The position numbers were made by a program, and so were the translations under genes. The notes below the pieces were generated by a model that did no database searches, was not told the DNA's origin, and was given only the letters and a program-made list of their open reading frames with translations. DNA of 64,000 nt from Bryobacterales bacterium (GTDB lineage: Bacteria; Acidobacteriota; Terriglobia; Bryobacterales; UBA6623): assembly GCA_963422375.2 (NCBI GenBank), contig OY729428.2, forward strand, positions 2,688,001 to 2,752,000, given 5' to 3'. Positions within the stretch are counted from its first letter, which is position 1, and every line of letters begins with the position of its first letter. Below, piece by piece: positions 20,401-29,845 of the stretch.

Positions 20401-21299
20401 CGCGACCCCGCGAGCACCTCGACTTCATCCGGCACCTCGGAGGGTCCCATCCCAGCCTCCAGTGCGCGGGGCATCCCGTCGGCGAAGATCGACTTCGACA
20501 GGGGCGTCCACTCGCGCCCCGAATTGCGCCTGCGGCTGATCATCTCGGCCACCACCGCCACGGCGATCTCCTCGGGCGTGACCGCGCCGATCTCGAAACC
20601 CATCGGGGCATGGATCTTGGCGAGGCTCGCGAGCGGGACACCCTCCGAGCGGAGGTGCTTGGCGACTTCGATCGTCTTGCGCTTGGATCCGATCATCCCG
20701 ACGTAGCGTAGCGGCTGCCCGACGGCCCAGCGCAGCACGCGCATGTCGTCGCGATGCCCGCGGGTGACGATGACCACGTACGTCGCCTCGTTCGCCGCGA
20801 GCCGCGGGAACACGTCCTCGTACTCCTCGGCGATCACCTCGGCCGCTTCGGGGAACCGCTCGCGATTCGCGTAGGTCTCGCGGTTGTCGATGACGGTCGT
20901 GCCGAATCCCGCCAGCGTGGCGATCTTGGAGAGGCTTTTCGAGATGTGGCCGGCACCGAAGATCAAGGCACGGGGGGCGGGCAGCACCGGTTCAATGTAC
21001 ACGTTGAGCTGGCCGCCACAGATCAGCCCGTTGTCGTAGGCCGCGTCCTGGCCGAGGTTGAACTGCAGCATCCGGGGCTTCTCGGAGTCGATCACGTCGC
21101 GAGCGGCCTGCCAGACCTCCGCTTCCGTGCAGCCGCCGCCGATAGTCCCTACCATCGACCCGTCCTGCCGGATCAGCATCTTGGCGCTCTGGAAGCTGGG
21201 AATCGACCCGGCCACCTCGACAATCGTGGCCAGCGCGCACCGCTGGCCGACCCGCCTGAGCTCGACCAGCTCCTCGAACACGTCCATCGGGCGCGGCAT
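20397..21299 (-). CDS. xdhC: XdhC/CoxI family molybdenum-hydroxylase maturation factor
   Basis: GTIGGGCTE, GLICGG, IFGAGHIS, VTRGHRDD, YVGMIGSKRK, TPEEIAVAVVAE. Confidence 0.85.
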   Translation of the reverse strand: MPRPMDVFEELVELRRVGQRCALATIVEVAGSIPSFQSAKMLIRQDGSMVGTIGGGCTEAEVWQAARDVIDSEKPRMLQFNLGQDAAYDNGLICGGQLNVYIEPVLPAPRALIFGAGHISKSLSKIATLAGFGTTVIDNRETYANRERFPEAAEVIAEEYEDVFPRLAANEATYVVIVTRGHRDDMRVLRWAVGQPLRYVGMIGSKRKTIEVAKHLRSEGVPLASLAKIHAPMGFEIGAVTPEEIAVAVVAEMISRRRNSGREWTPLSKSIFADGMPRALEAGMGPSEVPDEVEVLAGSR

Positions 21300-21433
21300 A
21301 CGCCTAATGATAGTCGCAATCTCCGAGCGATGGGTCGGTCCAGACGCTGGCAGGAATGCTCGTTCAGATTCCTGGCGTAGGCGCGGTCTCACAGCCCTAG
21401 CACTCGGAATGGGCGTTTGCTAGATTGAACCTC

Positions 21434-22141
21434 GTGCGGCTTATCCGCGGATGCAGTTCGAGAGTGTGGCCGTTTCTAGCTGTCTTGCTCTTGGTCGTCG
21501 GTGCTGAGACATCACTTGCGACTGAGCCGGACCTCGCTGCCGCCATCGCCGCGATTGATCAGGGCGACTTTGAATCGGCTCTAGGCGTCTTCCGACCACT
21601 GGCCGCTGAAGGTCACGCCGAGGCTCAGTACCGCCTTGGACTCATGCATCGTTCAGGCGAGGGTGTATCTGTCAACAGCCGCGTCGCAGCTGGTTGGTTC
21701 CGCAAGGCCGCCGAGCAGGGCCACGCCTCCGCCCAGCTCAACCTCGGACTCATGTACTACAACGGCGAGGGCGTCCCCGAGGACGACAGCGCCGCCGCTC
21801 GCTGGTTCCGCAAGGCCGCCGACCAGGGCGACACCGACGCCCAGTTCAGCCTCGGACTCATGTACCGCCGCGGCGAGGGCGTCCCCGAGGACGACAGCGC
21901 CGCCGCTCGCTGGTTCCGCAAGGCAGCCGAGCAGGGCCTCGCCTCCGCCCAGTTCAGCCTCGGACTCATGTACAGGAATGGCGAAGGCGTCCTCGAGGAC
22001 TTCGTTCAGGCGTATGCGTGGTTCAACGTTGCGGGCGCTCAGGGGCATGTGAACGCTAGAGAAGCCAAGGACGACCTGCGACGGCAGATGACCGCGTCCC
22101 AAGTCGAGAAGGCCCAAGCACTGAGCCGCGAGCTGGTATAG
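21434..22141 (+). CDS. Secreted Sel1-like repeat (SLR) protein
   Basis: Signal peptide; four 36-aa units AQxxLGLMYxxGEGVxxDxxxAxxWFRKAAxQG. Start could be TTG 21425 or GTG 21434. Confidence 0.9.
   Translation: MRLIRGCSSRVWPFLAVLLLVVGAETSLATEPDLAAAIAAIDQGDFESALGVFRPLAAEGHAEAQYRLGLMHRSGEGVSVNSRVAAGWFRKAAEQGHASAQLNLGLMYYNGEGVPEDDSAAARWFRKAADQGDTDAQFSLGLMYRRGEGVPEDDSAAARWFRKAAEQGLASAQFSLGLMYRNGEGVLEDFVQAYAWFNVAGAQGHVNAREAKDDLRRQMTASQVEKAQALSRELV
21695..22000 (+). repeat. 108-bp tandem repeat, about 3 near-identical units
   Basis: Units start at 21695, 21803 and 21911 with TGGTTCCGCAAGGC; units 1 and 2 share an identical GGCGAGGGCGTCCCCGAGGACGACAGCGCCGCCGCTCGC. Confidence 0.9.
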
Positions 22142-22249
22142 CCCGTTGGCATAGATTAGGAATAGGCTCTCTCAGCTTGGTCCGCGCCGGAGGCCACCGG
22201 CGCCATGCCACTGAGACCGGCCGCCCGCTCCCCCGTCTCGACTCCCGCC

Positions 22250-24925
22250 ATGCGACTGGACAAAGCCTACGATCCATCGGCTATCGAGCCCGCGTGGGCG
22301 GAGCGGTGGGTCAGCGAAGGTCTTTTCCGAGCCGAAGCGGCCTCCGCGAAGCCTGCCTTCTCCCTCGTCATCCCTCCGCCGAACGTAACCGGCGCCCTCC
22401 ATATGGGCCACATGTTCGAGACGTCCCAGGTGGACATCACGATGCGCTGGCAGCGCATGAAGGGCCGCAACGTCCTGTGGCTCCCGGGCACCGACCACGC
22501 CGGCATCGCCACGCAGATGCTGGTGGAGCGCCAGCTGGCCAAGGAGGGCACCGACCGGCGGTCGCTCGGGCGCGAGCAGTTCCTCGAGCGCGTCTGGGCC
22601 TGGAAGGAGACCTACGGAGGCAAGATCGCCGGTCAGCTCAAGCGCGTCGGCGCGAGCTGCGACTGGTCCCGCGAGCGCTTCACGATGGACCCGGGGCTGT
22701 CACGCGCCGTGACCGAATGCTTCGTGCGGCTGTACGAGCGAGGCCTGATCTATCGCGGCGAGTACATGGTCAACTGGGATCCTGGCACGCAGACCGCGAT
22801 CTCCGACCTCGAGGTCGAGTACGAGACCCGGCAGGGCCATCTCTGGCACCTGCGCTACCCGGTCAGCGGCTCGGATGTCGACAGCGTGGTCGTCGCGACG
22901 ACGCGACCGGAGACGATGCTGGGCGACACGGCGGTCGCGGTTCATCCGGACGACCCGCGGTACAAGCACCTGCGCGGCCGGTCGGTGACACTGCCCTTGG
23001 TCGGGCGCAGCCTCCCCGTGATCCGCGACGCCTTCGTGGATCCGGACTTCGGCACGGGCATCGTCAAGGTGACCCCGGCGCACGACCCCAACGACTTCGC
23101 GGCGGGGCAGCGCCACGGGCTGGAGGTCATCCCCGTGCTGGACGATCGCGCCCGCATCAACGCCCGGGGCGGACGCTACGAGGGCCTGGACCGGTACGAG
23201 GCGCGCGAGCGCGTGGTCCGGGATCTAAGGGCTCTTGGCCTCATCGAAAGGGTCGAGGACTACACCAACAGCATCGGTGTCAGCCAGCGTTCCGGCGAGG
23301 CCGTCGAGCCGATGGTGTCCACGCAGTGGTTCGTGCGCGCGAAGCCGCTGGCCGTCGCCGCCATCCGGGCCGTCGAGAACGGCAGCACCGCAATTCTTCC
23401 CGAGCAGTGGGAGCGCAACTACTTCGAGTGGATGCGCAACATCCGGGACTGGTGCATTTCGCGCCAGCTCTGGTGGGGCCACCAGATCCCGGCCTGGCAC
23501 CTCGAGGACGGCACCTTTGTCGTCGCCCGCACCGAGGAGGAGGCCAGGCGCGAGGCCGCCAGCAGAGGCCTGGCGGTCACGCGTCGCGAGACCGACGTCC
23601 TCGACACATGGTTCAGCTCGGGACTCTGGCCCTTCTCGACGATGGGCTGGCCCGACGAAACCGAGGATCTCAAGGCCTTCTACCCGACTTCTCTGCTCAA
23701 CACCGGCTTCGACATTCTCTTCTTCTGGGTGGCCCGCATGATGATGCTGGGCATCGCCATGACCGGCGAAGCCCCGTTCGCGAAGGTGTTCATCCACGGG
23801 CTCGTCCGCGACGCGGGCAAGCAGAAGATGTCCAAGACCAAGGGCAACGTCGTCGATCCCATCGAAATGACGAACCGCTACGGCACCGACGCCGTGCGAT
23901 TCGCGCTGGTCGCCTCCGCCGGCCAGGGTTCCGACGTCGTGCTCAAGGAAGAGCGGATCGCGGGCTACCGGACGTTCGCGAACAAGATCTGGAACGCCCT
24001 GCGCTTCGTCGGCATCAGCTTGGAGAAGGCGGGCGCCGACGTGTGGACGCCGCAGGATCTGGCGTCGTTCCGCCCACTGCCTGACGAGGCCACCGGCGAG
24101 GTCTCGCTCGCCGACCGCTGGATATTCTCGCGGCTGAACTCGGTCAGCGCGGAAGCCAACCGGCAGATCGACGAATTCCGCTACCACGAGGTCGCCGGCA
24201 CTCTGTACCACTTCTTCTGGCACGAGTTCTGCGACTGGTACATCGAACTGAAGAAGATCTCCTTCGCGGATGGCACCGGCCTGACGGCCGGCTGGAAGAA
24301 CATGCTGGCCGCCACGGAGCGCTCCCTGCGGCTGCTGCATCCGGTGATGCCGTTCATCACCGAGGACCTCTGGCAGCGGATCAGCGCCAACACGCCGGGC
24401 CGGCCGAAGTCGATCGCGCTCGCGGCCTATCCCGAGCCCGACCCCGGCGACTCCGATCCCGAGGCCGAGCGCCAGATCGGCATCCTCCGGGAACTCGTGA
24501 CAGCGGCTCGCAACCTGCGGGCCGAGCTGAGCCTTCCCCCGAGGGACTTGTTTCGGGGCACCGTCTTCAGCGAGGTCCGCGCCGTGCGCGAGGTCGCCAA
24601 CGGCCAGCCGGAGGCGCTGCGCCGGCTCGCGGGCGTCGAGCTGGCGGCGAAGGAGGGCAAGGCGGAAGCGGGCGGCGCGATGGGCCACGCCACCGAATTC
24701 GACCTCGCGCTGGCCATTCCGGAGAACCGCATGGCGGCGATGCGCGCCAAGCTGGAGAAGCAGCTCGGCCAGCTGGAGCGAGCGGCGCAAGGGGCCCGGA
24801 GCCGCCTCCGCAACGAGGACTTCGTCTCCAAGGCCCCCGCGCTCGTCGTCGAGTCGCTGCGAGGGAAGCTCGGCGACTACGACTCCCGTCTGGAGCGGAT
24901 TCGGAAAACGCTCGCAGGCCTGTAG
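22250..24925 (+). CDS. valS: Valine--tRNA ligase
   Basis: PPPNVTGALHMGH, GTDHAGIATQ, DWCISRQLWWGH, DTWFSS, KMSKT, C-terminal coiled coil. Confidence 0.97.
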   Translation: MRLDKAYDPSAIEPAWAERWVSEGLFRAEAASAKPAFSLVIPPPNVTGALHMGHMFETSQVDITMRWQRMKGRNVLWLPGTDHAGIATQMLVERQLAKEGTDRRSLGREQFLERVWAWKETYGGKIAGQLKRVGASCDWSRERFTMDPGLSRAVTECFVRLYERGLIYRGEYMVNWDPGTQTAISDLEVEYETRQGHLWHLRYPVSGSDVDSVVVATTRPETMLGDTAVAVHPDDPRYKHLRGRSVTLPLVGRSLPVIRDAFVDPDFGTGIVKVTPAHDPNDFAAGQRHGLEVIPVLDDRARINARGGRYEGLDRYEARERVVRDLRALGLIERVEDYTNSIGVSQRSGEAVEPMVSTQWFVRAKPLAVAAIRAVENGSTAILPEQWERNYFEWMRNIRDWCISRQLWWGHQIPAWHLEDGTFVVARTEEEARREAASRGLAVTRRETDVLDTWFSSGLWPFSTMGWPDETEDLKAFYPTSLLNTGFDILFFWVARMMMLGIAMTGEAPFAKVFIHGLVRDAGKQKMSKTKGNVVDPIEMTNRYGTDAVRFALVASAGQGSDVVLKEERIAGYRTFANKIWNALRFVGISLEKAGADVWTPQDLASFRPLPDEATGEVSLADRWIFSRLNSVSAEANRQIDEFRYHEVAGTLYHFFWHEFCDWYIELKKISFADGTGLTAGWKNMLAATERSLRLLHPVMPFITEDLWQRISANTPGRPKSIALAAYPEPDPGDSDPEAERQIGILRELVTAARNLRAELSLPPRDLFRGTVFSEVRAVREVANGQPEALRRLAGVELAAKEGKAEAGGAMGHATEFDLALAIPENRMAAMRAKLEKQLGQLERAAQGARSRLRNEDFVSKAPALVVESLRGKLGDYDSRLERIRKTLAGL

Positions 24926-24958
24926 GCACCCGGCCTGCGTTCCGGGGCGAGTGCGGAC

Positions 24959-26434
24959 TCAGTCGGCCTTGCTTGCGACCAGCATCGACTCGTCGTGCAG
25001 GCCCTGCGCGGCGATGATCTCGCCCTCGGTCAGCCCAGACAGGACCACCGCCTCGGTGTCGCTCAGCGGCCCGATCTCGACCGGCCGCGCGACGAACGCC
25101 TCGCCTTCCCTCACCCACACCGCGGCTCGTCCCCCGGACATCCCGACCGCGGCGCGGGGCACCACCATCTCGTCGTCCCGCCTCGCCAGCTGGATATCGG
25201 CGCTCGCCGACAGATCCGGCAGGATGCGGTCGTCGTGACTCAGGATTTCGATCTCGATAGGCACCTTCCTCACCCAGTCCGCGCTCGCCCCGCCTTTCGA
25301 CCCGCGCATGCCCTTGCCTCCCCCGCCGGAGGAGCCGCCGGCGACTGCTACTGCCCCGATCGACGCAACCCGGCCTTCGAACACCTCTCCGGGATAGGCG
25401 TCGAGTTCCACGCCGACCGCACTGCCGATCGCCACGAGCTGCGTGTCGACCTGGTTGATGTCTGCGAACACGACCATCCTGGAGAGATCCACGATTCGCA
25501 GGAAGTAGGAGCCCGGATGCACTTGGTCTCCCTCGGCAGCCTGCGAGAACGAATCCTTCTTGAAAGTCGACTCCGCCACCACCAAGCCCGATACGGGAGA
25601 GTGAATCCGCATCTTGTCCAAGTCGGTCTTCGTCCGGTCGAAGCGCAGATAGTCCCGCTGGAGGTCAAGGTCGAGGCTCCGGGTCTCGGCCGCGTCGGCG
25701 ATCTCCGACAGACGCACCTCCTCCTCGAGCTGCTTGGAGGTAGCCTCCCGCTCCTTCGCCACGAGCGCCAAAATCTCTGCCTGGATTTCGGACCTGACCT
25801 CCGCCGTTCGCAGGTCGAGCTGCGACTTTCCCGCTTCCGCCGCCGCCCTGCGATGAGCCTGGCGCAGCGACTCCGAGGAGGCCAACATGTTCGCCTTGCG
25901 GCTTGCGTTCCTCCTGCGGGACTGCGCCAAGGCTGACTCGTAGTTGTCGAGCATGTCCGCCGTGCGGCGCGTCTCGAAAACAGCTACGAGTTCGCCCTTC
26001 TCTACCATGCTGCCGGGCTCGGCGAGCGACTGGATTGTCAACGTGCCCCCGCCGCCGCGATCACGCCCCCCGCGCATCCGCGGCGCTCGAATCATCGCCG
26101 AGCGCGCGGCCCCTACCGTTCCGCCGGTCCGCAATGCGCTCTCGAACGGCTTCCGTTCGACGATCACCGTGTCGATGGCCCCGAGGGTCGACGTGGTCCG
26201 CAGCGCGGGGCGAGCCTCGATGACCTGACTGAGGACAACGCCCAGCACCACGCCGGCAGCCGCCAGCGCGGCGACGGCCCAGCGGGAGAGACGCGGTTCG
26301 GGCGCTCCGGGCGACGGCACGACGCCTAGCCTCCGCCGCGGTTCCGTCCGGACGGGCTGGGAAGAGTCGTCTTGACCCGGATGAGTGGATTCGGGAAAGT
26401 GCCCTGTGGTCTTGAGGTTCGGTCGGAATGCCAC
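24959..26434 (-). CDS. HlyD/MacA-like periplasmic adaptor (efflux membrane fusion protein)
   Basis: TM anchor, lipoyl half-motifs (PGSMVEKGELV; IHSPVSGLV), coiled-coil hairpin, LDAYPG..FEGRV, SGLTEGE. Start uncertain. Confidence 0.8.
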   Translation of the reverse strand: MAFRPNLKTTGHFPESTHPGQDDSSQPVRTEPRRRLGVVPSPGAPEPRLSRWAVAALAAAGVVLGVVLSQVIEARPALRTTSTLGAIDTVIVERKPFESALRTGGTVGAARSAMIRAPRMRGGRDRGGGGTLTIQSLAEPGSMVEKGELVAVFETRRTADMLDNYESALAQSRRRNASRKANMLASSESLRQAHRRAAAEAGKSQLDLRTAEVRSEIQAEILALVAKEREATSKQLEEEVRLSEIADAAETRSLDLDLQRDYLRFDRTKTDLDKMRIHSPVSGLVVAESTFKKDSFSQAAEGDQVHPGSYFLRIVDLSRMVVFADINQVDTQLVAIGSAVGVELDAYPGEVFEGRVASIGAVAVAGGSSGGGGKGMRGSKGGASADWVRKVPIEIEILSHDDRILPDLSASADIQLARRDDEMVVPRAAVGMSGGRAAVWVREGEAFVARPVEIGPLSDTEAVVLSGLTEGEIIAAQGLHDESMLVASKAD

Positions 26435-26734
26435 TATCCATTAGAGACGAAGAGAGTTCTGCTGGTGGTTTCACCTATGAGGCCCGATTGCACGAATCCG
26501 TCGACGACGGTATCCCGGCCCCGCTCGGGCGCCTGTCCGGACCTGCTGCCTCCCGCGCCGCCTAGGCGCGACGGGATGGGGCGCTCCGCTCGCGTCCGAA
26601 GTGCTCAGGGGACCTGAGACCACCGGTTGGGCGTCCCGGCAGCCGCGCAGACGGTGGCCGCGCGGACCCTGAGACACGGCTCGGTCCGAGTAGGCTCGGT
26701 GCGACGCCCGGCCCGGCGTATCTTGAATAGCGCT

Positions 26735-27817
26735 ATGCCCGAAGCCATCACCATCCTCGGCGGCGGGAACACGGCCTTCGCGGCCGCGGCGAAGCTCGCG
26801 CTCGAGGGAGCCTCGGTCACGCTCTGCGAACTGCCGGAGTTCGCCAAGGCCGTCGAGCCGATCGGAGCGTCCCGCATGATCGCGCTATTCGGTGTGGCGG
26901 GCGAAGGAGACGCAATCCTAGATCGCGTCACGACAGACTTCGCACGAGGCCTCTCCGACTGCGAGCTGGCCATCCTGATCGTCCCGGCCTACGGGCACAT
27001 GGCCTTCGCCGAGGCATGCGCCCCGCACCTTCGCGACGGTCAGGTGCTGGTCCTAATGCCCGGCACGCTAGGGAGCCTCGCGTTCGCGAGGGTCTTGCGG
27101 GATCGAGGCGTTTCGGCAGACGTCACGCTAGCCGAGACAGACACCGCGCCGTACGTCTGCCGGAAGACATCCGCGACCGCTGCCCGCATCTGGGGCGTCG
27201 TGGACGGACTGGGCGCGGGCGTCCTGCCCAGCAGCCGAGGCGAGCGGGTTCAAGCCTTGCTCGATCCGTGGTTTCCGGGCGTGCGGCTCTACCCGCACGC
27301 GCTGGCAGCGGGCTTGTCCGCGATGAACCCGGTCGTCCATCCGGCCGGCGTCCTGCTGAACGCGGGCCGAATCGAGCGGTCCCGCGGGGACTTCTACTTC
27401 TACGAAGAAGGCGTGACGCCCGGCGTCTGCCGCCTCATCCGCGCCGTCGACTCGGAGCGGCTGGCGATCGCCCGCTCGCTCGGCATGGATCTCCCGCCGG
27501 TCGAGAGGGCGTTTCACGAAGCCGGATTCGGGCCGAGCGGCGATCTCTGGGCCGTGATCAACGGCAGCCGAATGCTCACTCAGCTCCGCGCTCCAGGGGC
27601 GCTCGAGACCCGCTGGCTGACGGAGGACGTGCCCTACGGCCTTGCCGCATGGTCACTGCTCGGCGAGCAGCTGGGAGTCGGCTGCCCCGCGATGCGGTCA
27701 ATCGTTGATCTCGCCTCCACGACGGTCGGCATGGATTTCTGGGAGGCGGCGCGCACGCCGGAAGACCTCGGCATCGCCGGCTTGAACCGGCAGGGACTGC
27801 TCGAGCTCGTTCGCTAG
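26735..27817 (+). CDS. NAD/NADP-dependent octopine/nopaline (opine) dehydrogenase family protein
   Basis: ILGGGNTA, NPVVHPAGVLLN, FYFYEEGVTP, VDSERLAIA, RWLTEDVPYGL. Confidence 0.85.
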   Translation: MPEAITILGGGNTAFAAAAKLALEGASVTLCELPEFAKAVEPIGASRMIALFGVAGEGDAILDRVTTDFARGLSDCELAILIVPAYGHMAFAEACAPHLRDGQVLVLMPGTLGSLAFARVLRDRGVSADVTLAETDTAPYVCRKTSATAARIWGVVDGLGAGVLPSSRGERVQALLDPWFPGVRLYPHALAAGLSAMNPVVHPAGVLLNAGRIERSRGDFYFYEEGVTPGVCRLIRAVDSERLAIARSLGMDLPPVERAFHEAGFGPSGDLWAVINGSRMLTQLRAPGALETRWLTEDVPYGLAAWSLLGEQLGVGCPAMRSIVDLASTTVGMDFWEAARTPEDLGIAGLNRQGLLELVR

Positions 27818-27853
27818 AGAGTCTGGAAGCCCGCCCGGGCGCATCCGACGACG

Positions 27854-29105
27854 CTAGCGGGTCGGGTTCTCGTACCAGATCACGCCCAGTTCCCTGCCCT
27901 CGTAGCCCTCGGCAAAGTACGGCCCCTTCTCCTCCAGCGTGACCACGTCCAGGTCGCCGTCGGCATCGAGGTCCGTCAGCTGAAGCAGGTCGTAGATGAA
28001 GCCCTCGGGCCCGCTAATCGAATGCGCTTCCCAGCGAGCCGCCGTCGGTGCGTCGCGGTACGACAGCCGGAACAGTCCGATCCGGCCCTCCGTGGCGTGC
28101 TCGCACGCGACCACTAGAATCCGGTCTTCCGTCGAGGTCCATGTCAGCCGCCTTCACGGACTTGCCGGTACCCGTCCCGGGCGGCATCTCGATCAGGTGG
28201 GTAAGCCAGAGCGGAGGACGCTCCTGAGCGCGACGGTGGAACCGGACCGGGCCGCCCTTGACAGCGACCAAGACGTCGTCCAGGCCGTCGCCGTCCAGAT
28301 CCGAGACTGCGTTGTGCATCGCTTCGTGCTCGTCCACGAGGCGGATCCAATGTTCCGTCCACGGCCCGGGGTTCTCCAGCCAGAACGCCCCGCGACGCGG
28401 TCCCATGCGATCCGTCGCGACGATGTCGTCGTGGCCGTCCGCGTCCAAGTCGCTCGGGCGGATCGTCATGATCCACCCGGCATCGCAGAGCGGATGCCAC
28501 CCCCAGGCCGCGAGCTCGCGCGGGTCGCCCGGGCTCTCAAACCAGCCGATCCGCGCCCTGTGCCCCTTCGCGCCCGCAACGATGTCGACACCGTGCTTGC
28601 CGTCCACCTGCATGGGGAAGGCGAACATCCACCGAGCGGCCCCGGCGGACGCCGGCAGCTCGGCCGTCGTCCAGGCACGCGAATCCAGCAGGCTCGACGC
28701 GTCCCTAGGCGCCCAGTGGACATAGATCGAACGGGGCTCGCCCTCGCACGAACTCACGACGTCCAGCGCGCCGTCACCGTTCACGTCCGCGAGAAAGGCG
28801 TCCTCGGGATCGCCGACGTCGCCCACGGTCACGGCCGGCCAGCGGTCGCGCACGCCCGACACCCCGGGATTAAGATACAGCCGAACCGCCCCGCCCTGCT
28901 CCCAAGGCGTGACCACGTCCAGAAGGCCGTCGCCGTCCGCATCGGCGAGCCGCACGCCGTCAGTGCCCAGGGAGGAATCGTCAATGGTGTGGCGGCTCCA
29001 CGAACCGGCCGGCCATACCGGGCCGCAGGCGGCGACCAGCATCGCGATACCCGTCCAGCTCAGCGCGGTCGCCGCGCGAGTTCCTAGCGCACGCCCGCCC
29101 GTCAT
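27854..29105 (-). pseudogene. FG-GAP/VCBS-repeat secreted beta-propeller protein with one +1 frameshift near 28119
   Basis: Repeated DxDGDGxxDV motifs. ORF 28014-29105 leaves frame at DLDGRPD; the continuation LVVACEH..DLDADGDLDVV..VIWYENP lies in ORF 27854-28114 (extra T in CCG GAT T CTA GTG). Could be a sequencing error. Confidence 0.75.
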
Positions 29106-29165
29106 GGCGAGATCCTCGCACAGGGCCGAGAGCTAGCGACGGCCGGCGCACCGGCCAAGCGCCGC

Positions 29166-29693
29166 TCAGTGAGCCATCACCGGCACGGTCGCTCGAGTCC
29201 TGTCCCACACCACGCTCAGCGTTCCGTTCGGCCCCTCGCCCGCCTCGACGGCGATGGTGAGCTGCTCGGTCACCTCGGCCACTTCCGAGACGCTCATCTC
29301 CACTCGGCCCAAGTCCTCGGACTCGTCGTAGCTGAACGCGCCCCACTGGTCCGAAACTCTGTTGACGACCAAAGTCCAATGCCCCGCCTCGGGGATCGTG
29401 AACAGGGAGTACTTCCCCGCCGGCACGTGGAGCTGGCCCAGCATGAGGTCGCGGTCCGATTCGAGAGTCGTCGCCTCGTCCGCGCCGGTGCGCCAGACCT
29501 CGCCGCGAGGCACCAAGCCCCCGTAGATCTCGCGCCCCTTCTTGTAGGGACGGCCGTAGGTCACCGTGATCGACGCTTGGCCGATCTGCCCGGAGACGGA
29601 TTCGTGCGGACTGACTCGTTCGGCGGCAGGTTCTTCGCACGCCGCAGCGAATGCCAGCACGAGCGCTAGGAAGCAGTAGAAGGAAGTCTTCAA
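29166..29693 (-). CDS. DUF2911 domain lipoprotein
   Basis: Lipobox AAAC; SP..YGRPYKKGREIYGGLVP..VWRTGADEAT; PAGKYSLFTIP; SD AGGAG. Confidence 0.85.
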   Translation of the reverse strand: MKTSFYCFLALVLAFAAACEEPAAERVSPHESVSGQIGQASITVTYGRPYKKGREIYGGLVPRGEVWRTGADEATTLESDRDLMLGQLHVPAGKYSLFTIPEAGHWTLVVNRVSDQWGAFSYDESEDLGRVEMSVSEVAEVTEQLTIAVEAGEGPNGTLSVVWDRTRATVPVMAH

Positions 29694-29845
29694 GGGGATT
29701 CTCCTCTGTCTCGAACCCTCGAGCGGGGACTGGCGGTCGACGCCCGTAATTCGATTCTACTCCAGTCACGGGAGATCTTCCGCCCGGCACCTGCCCCGCC
29801 GGGCCAAGGGCCGTGACGGCGAACCGCCGGGTAGAATGGGCTGCC

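Noticed and set aside
21695..22000. CRISPR or DGR interpretation of the 108-bp repeats and of the 61.5-63.3 kb duplication
   Set aside because: The repeats are in-frame coding units with no spacers; differences are not adenine-specific; no cas or reverse transcriptase gene in the window.
28110..28125. Programmed frameshift in the FG-GAP gene
   Set aside because: No slippery run or stimulatory structure evident; a simple indel or sequencing error is more likely.
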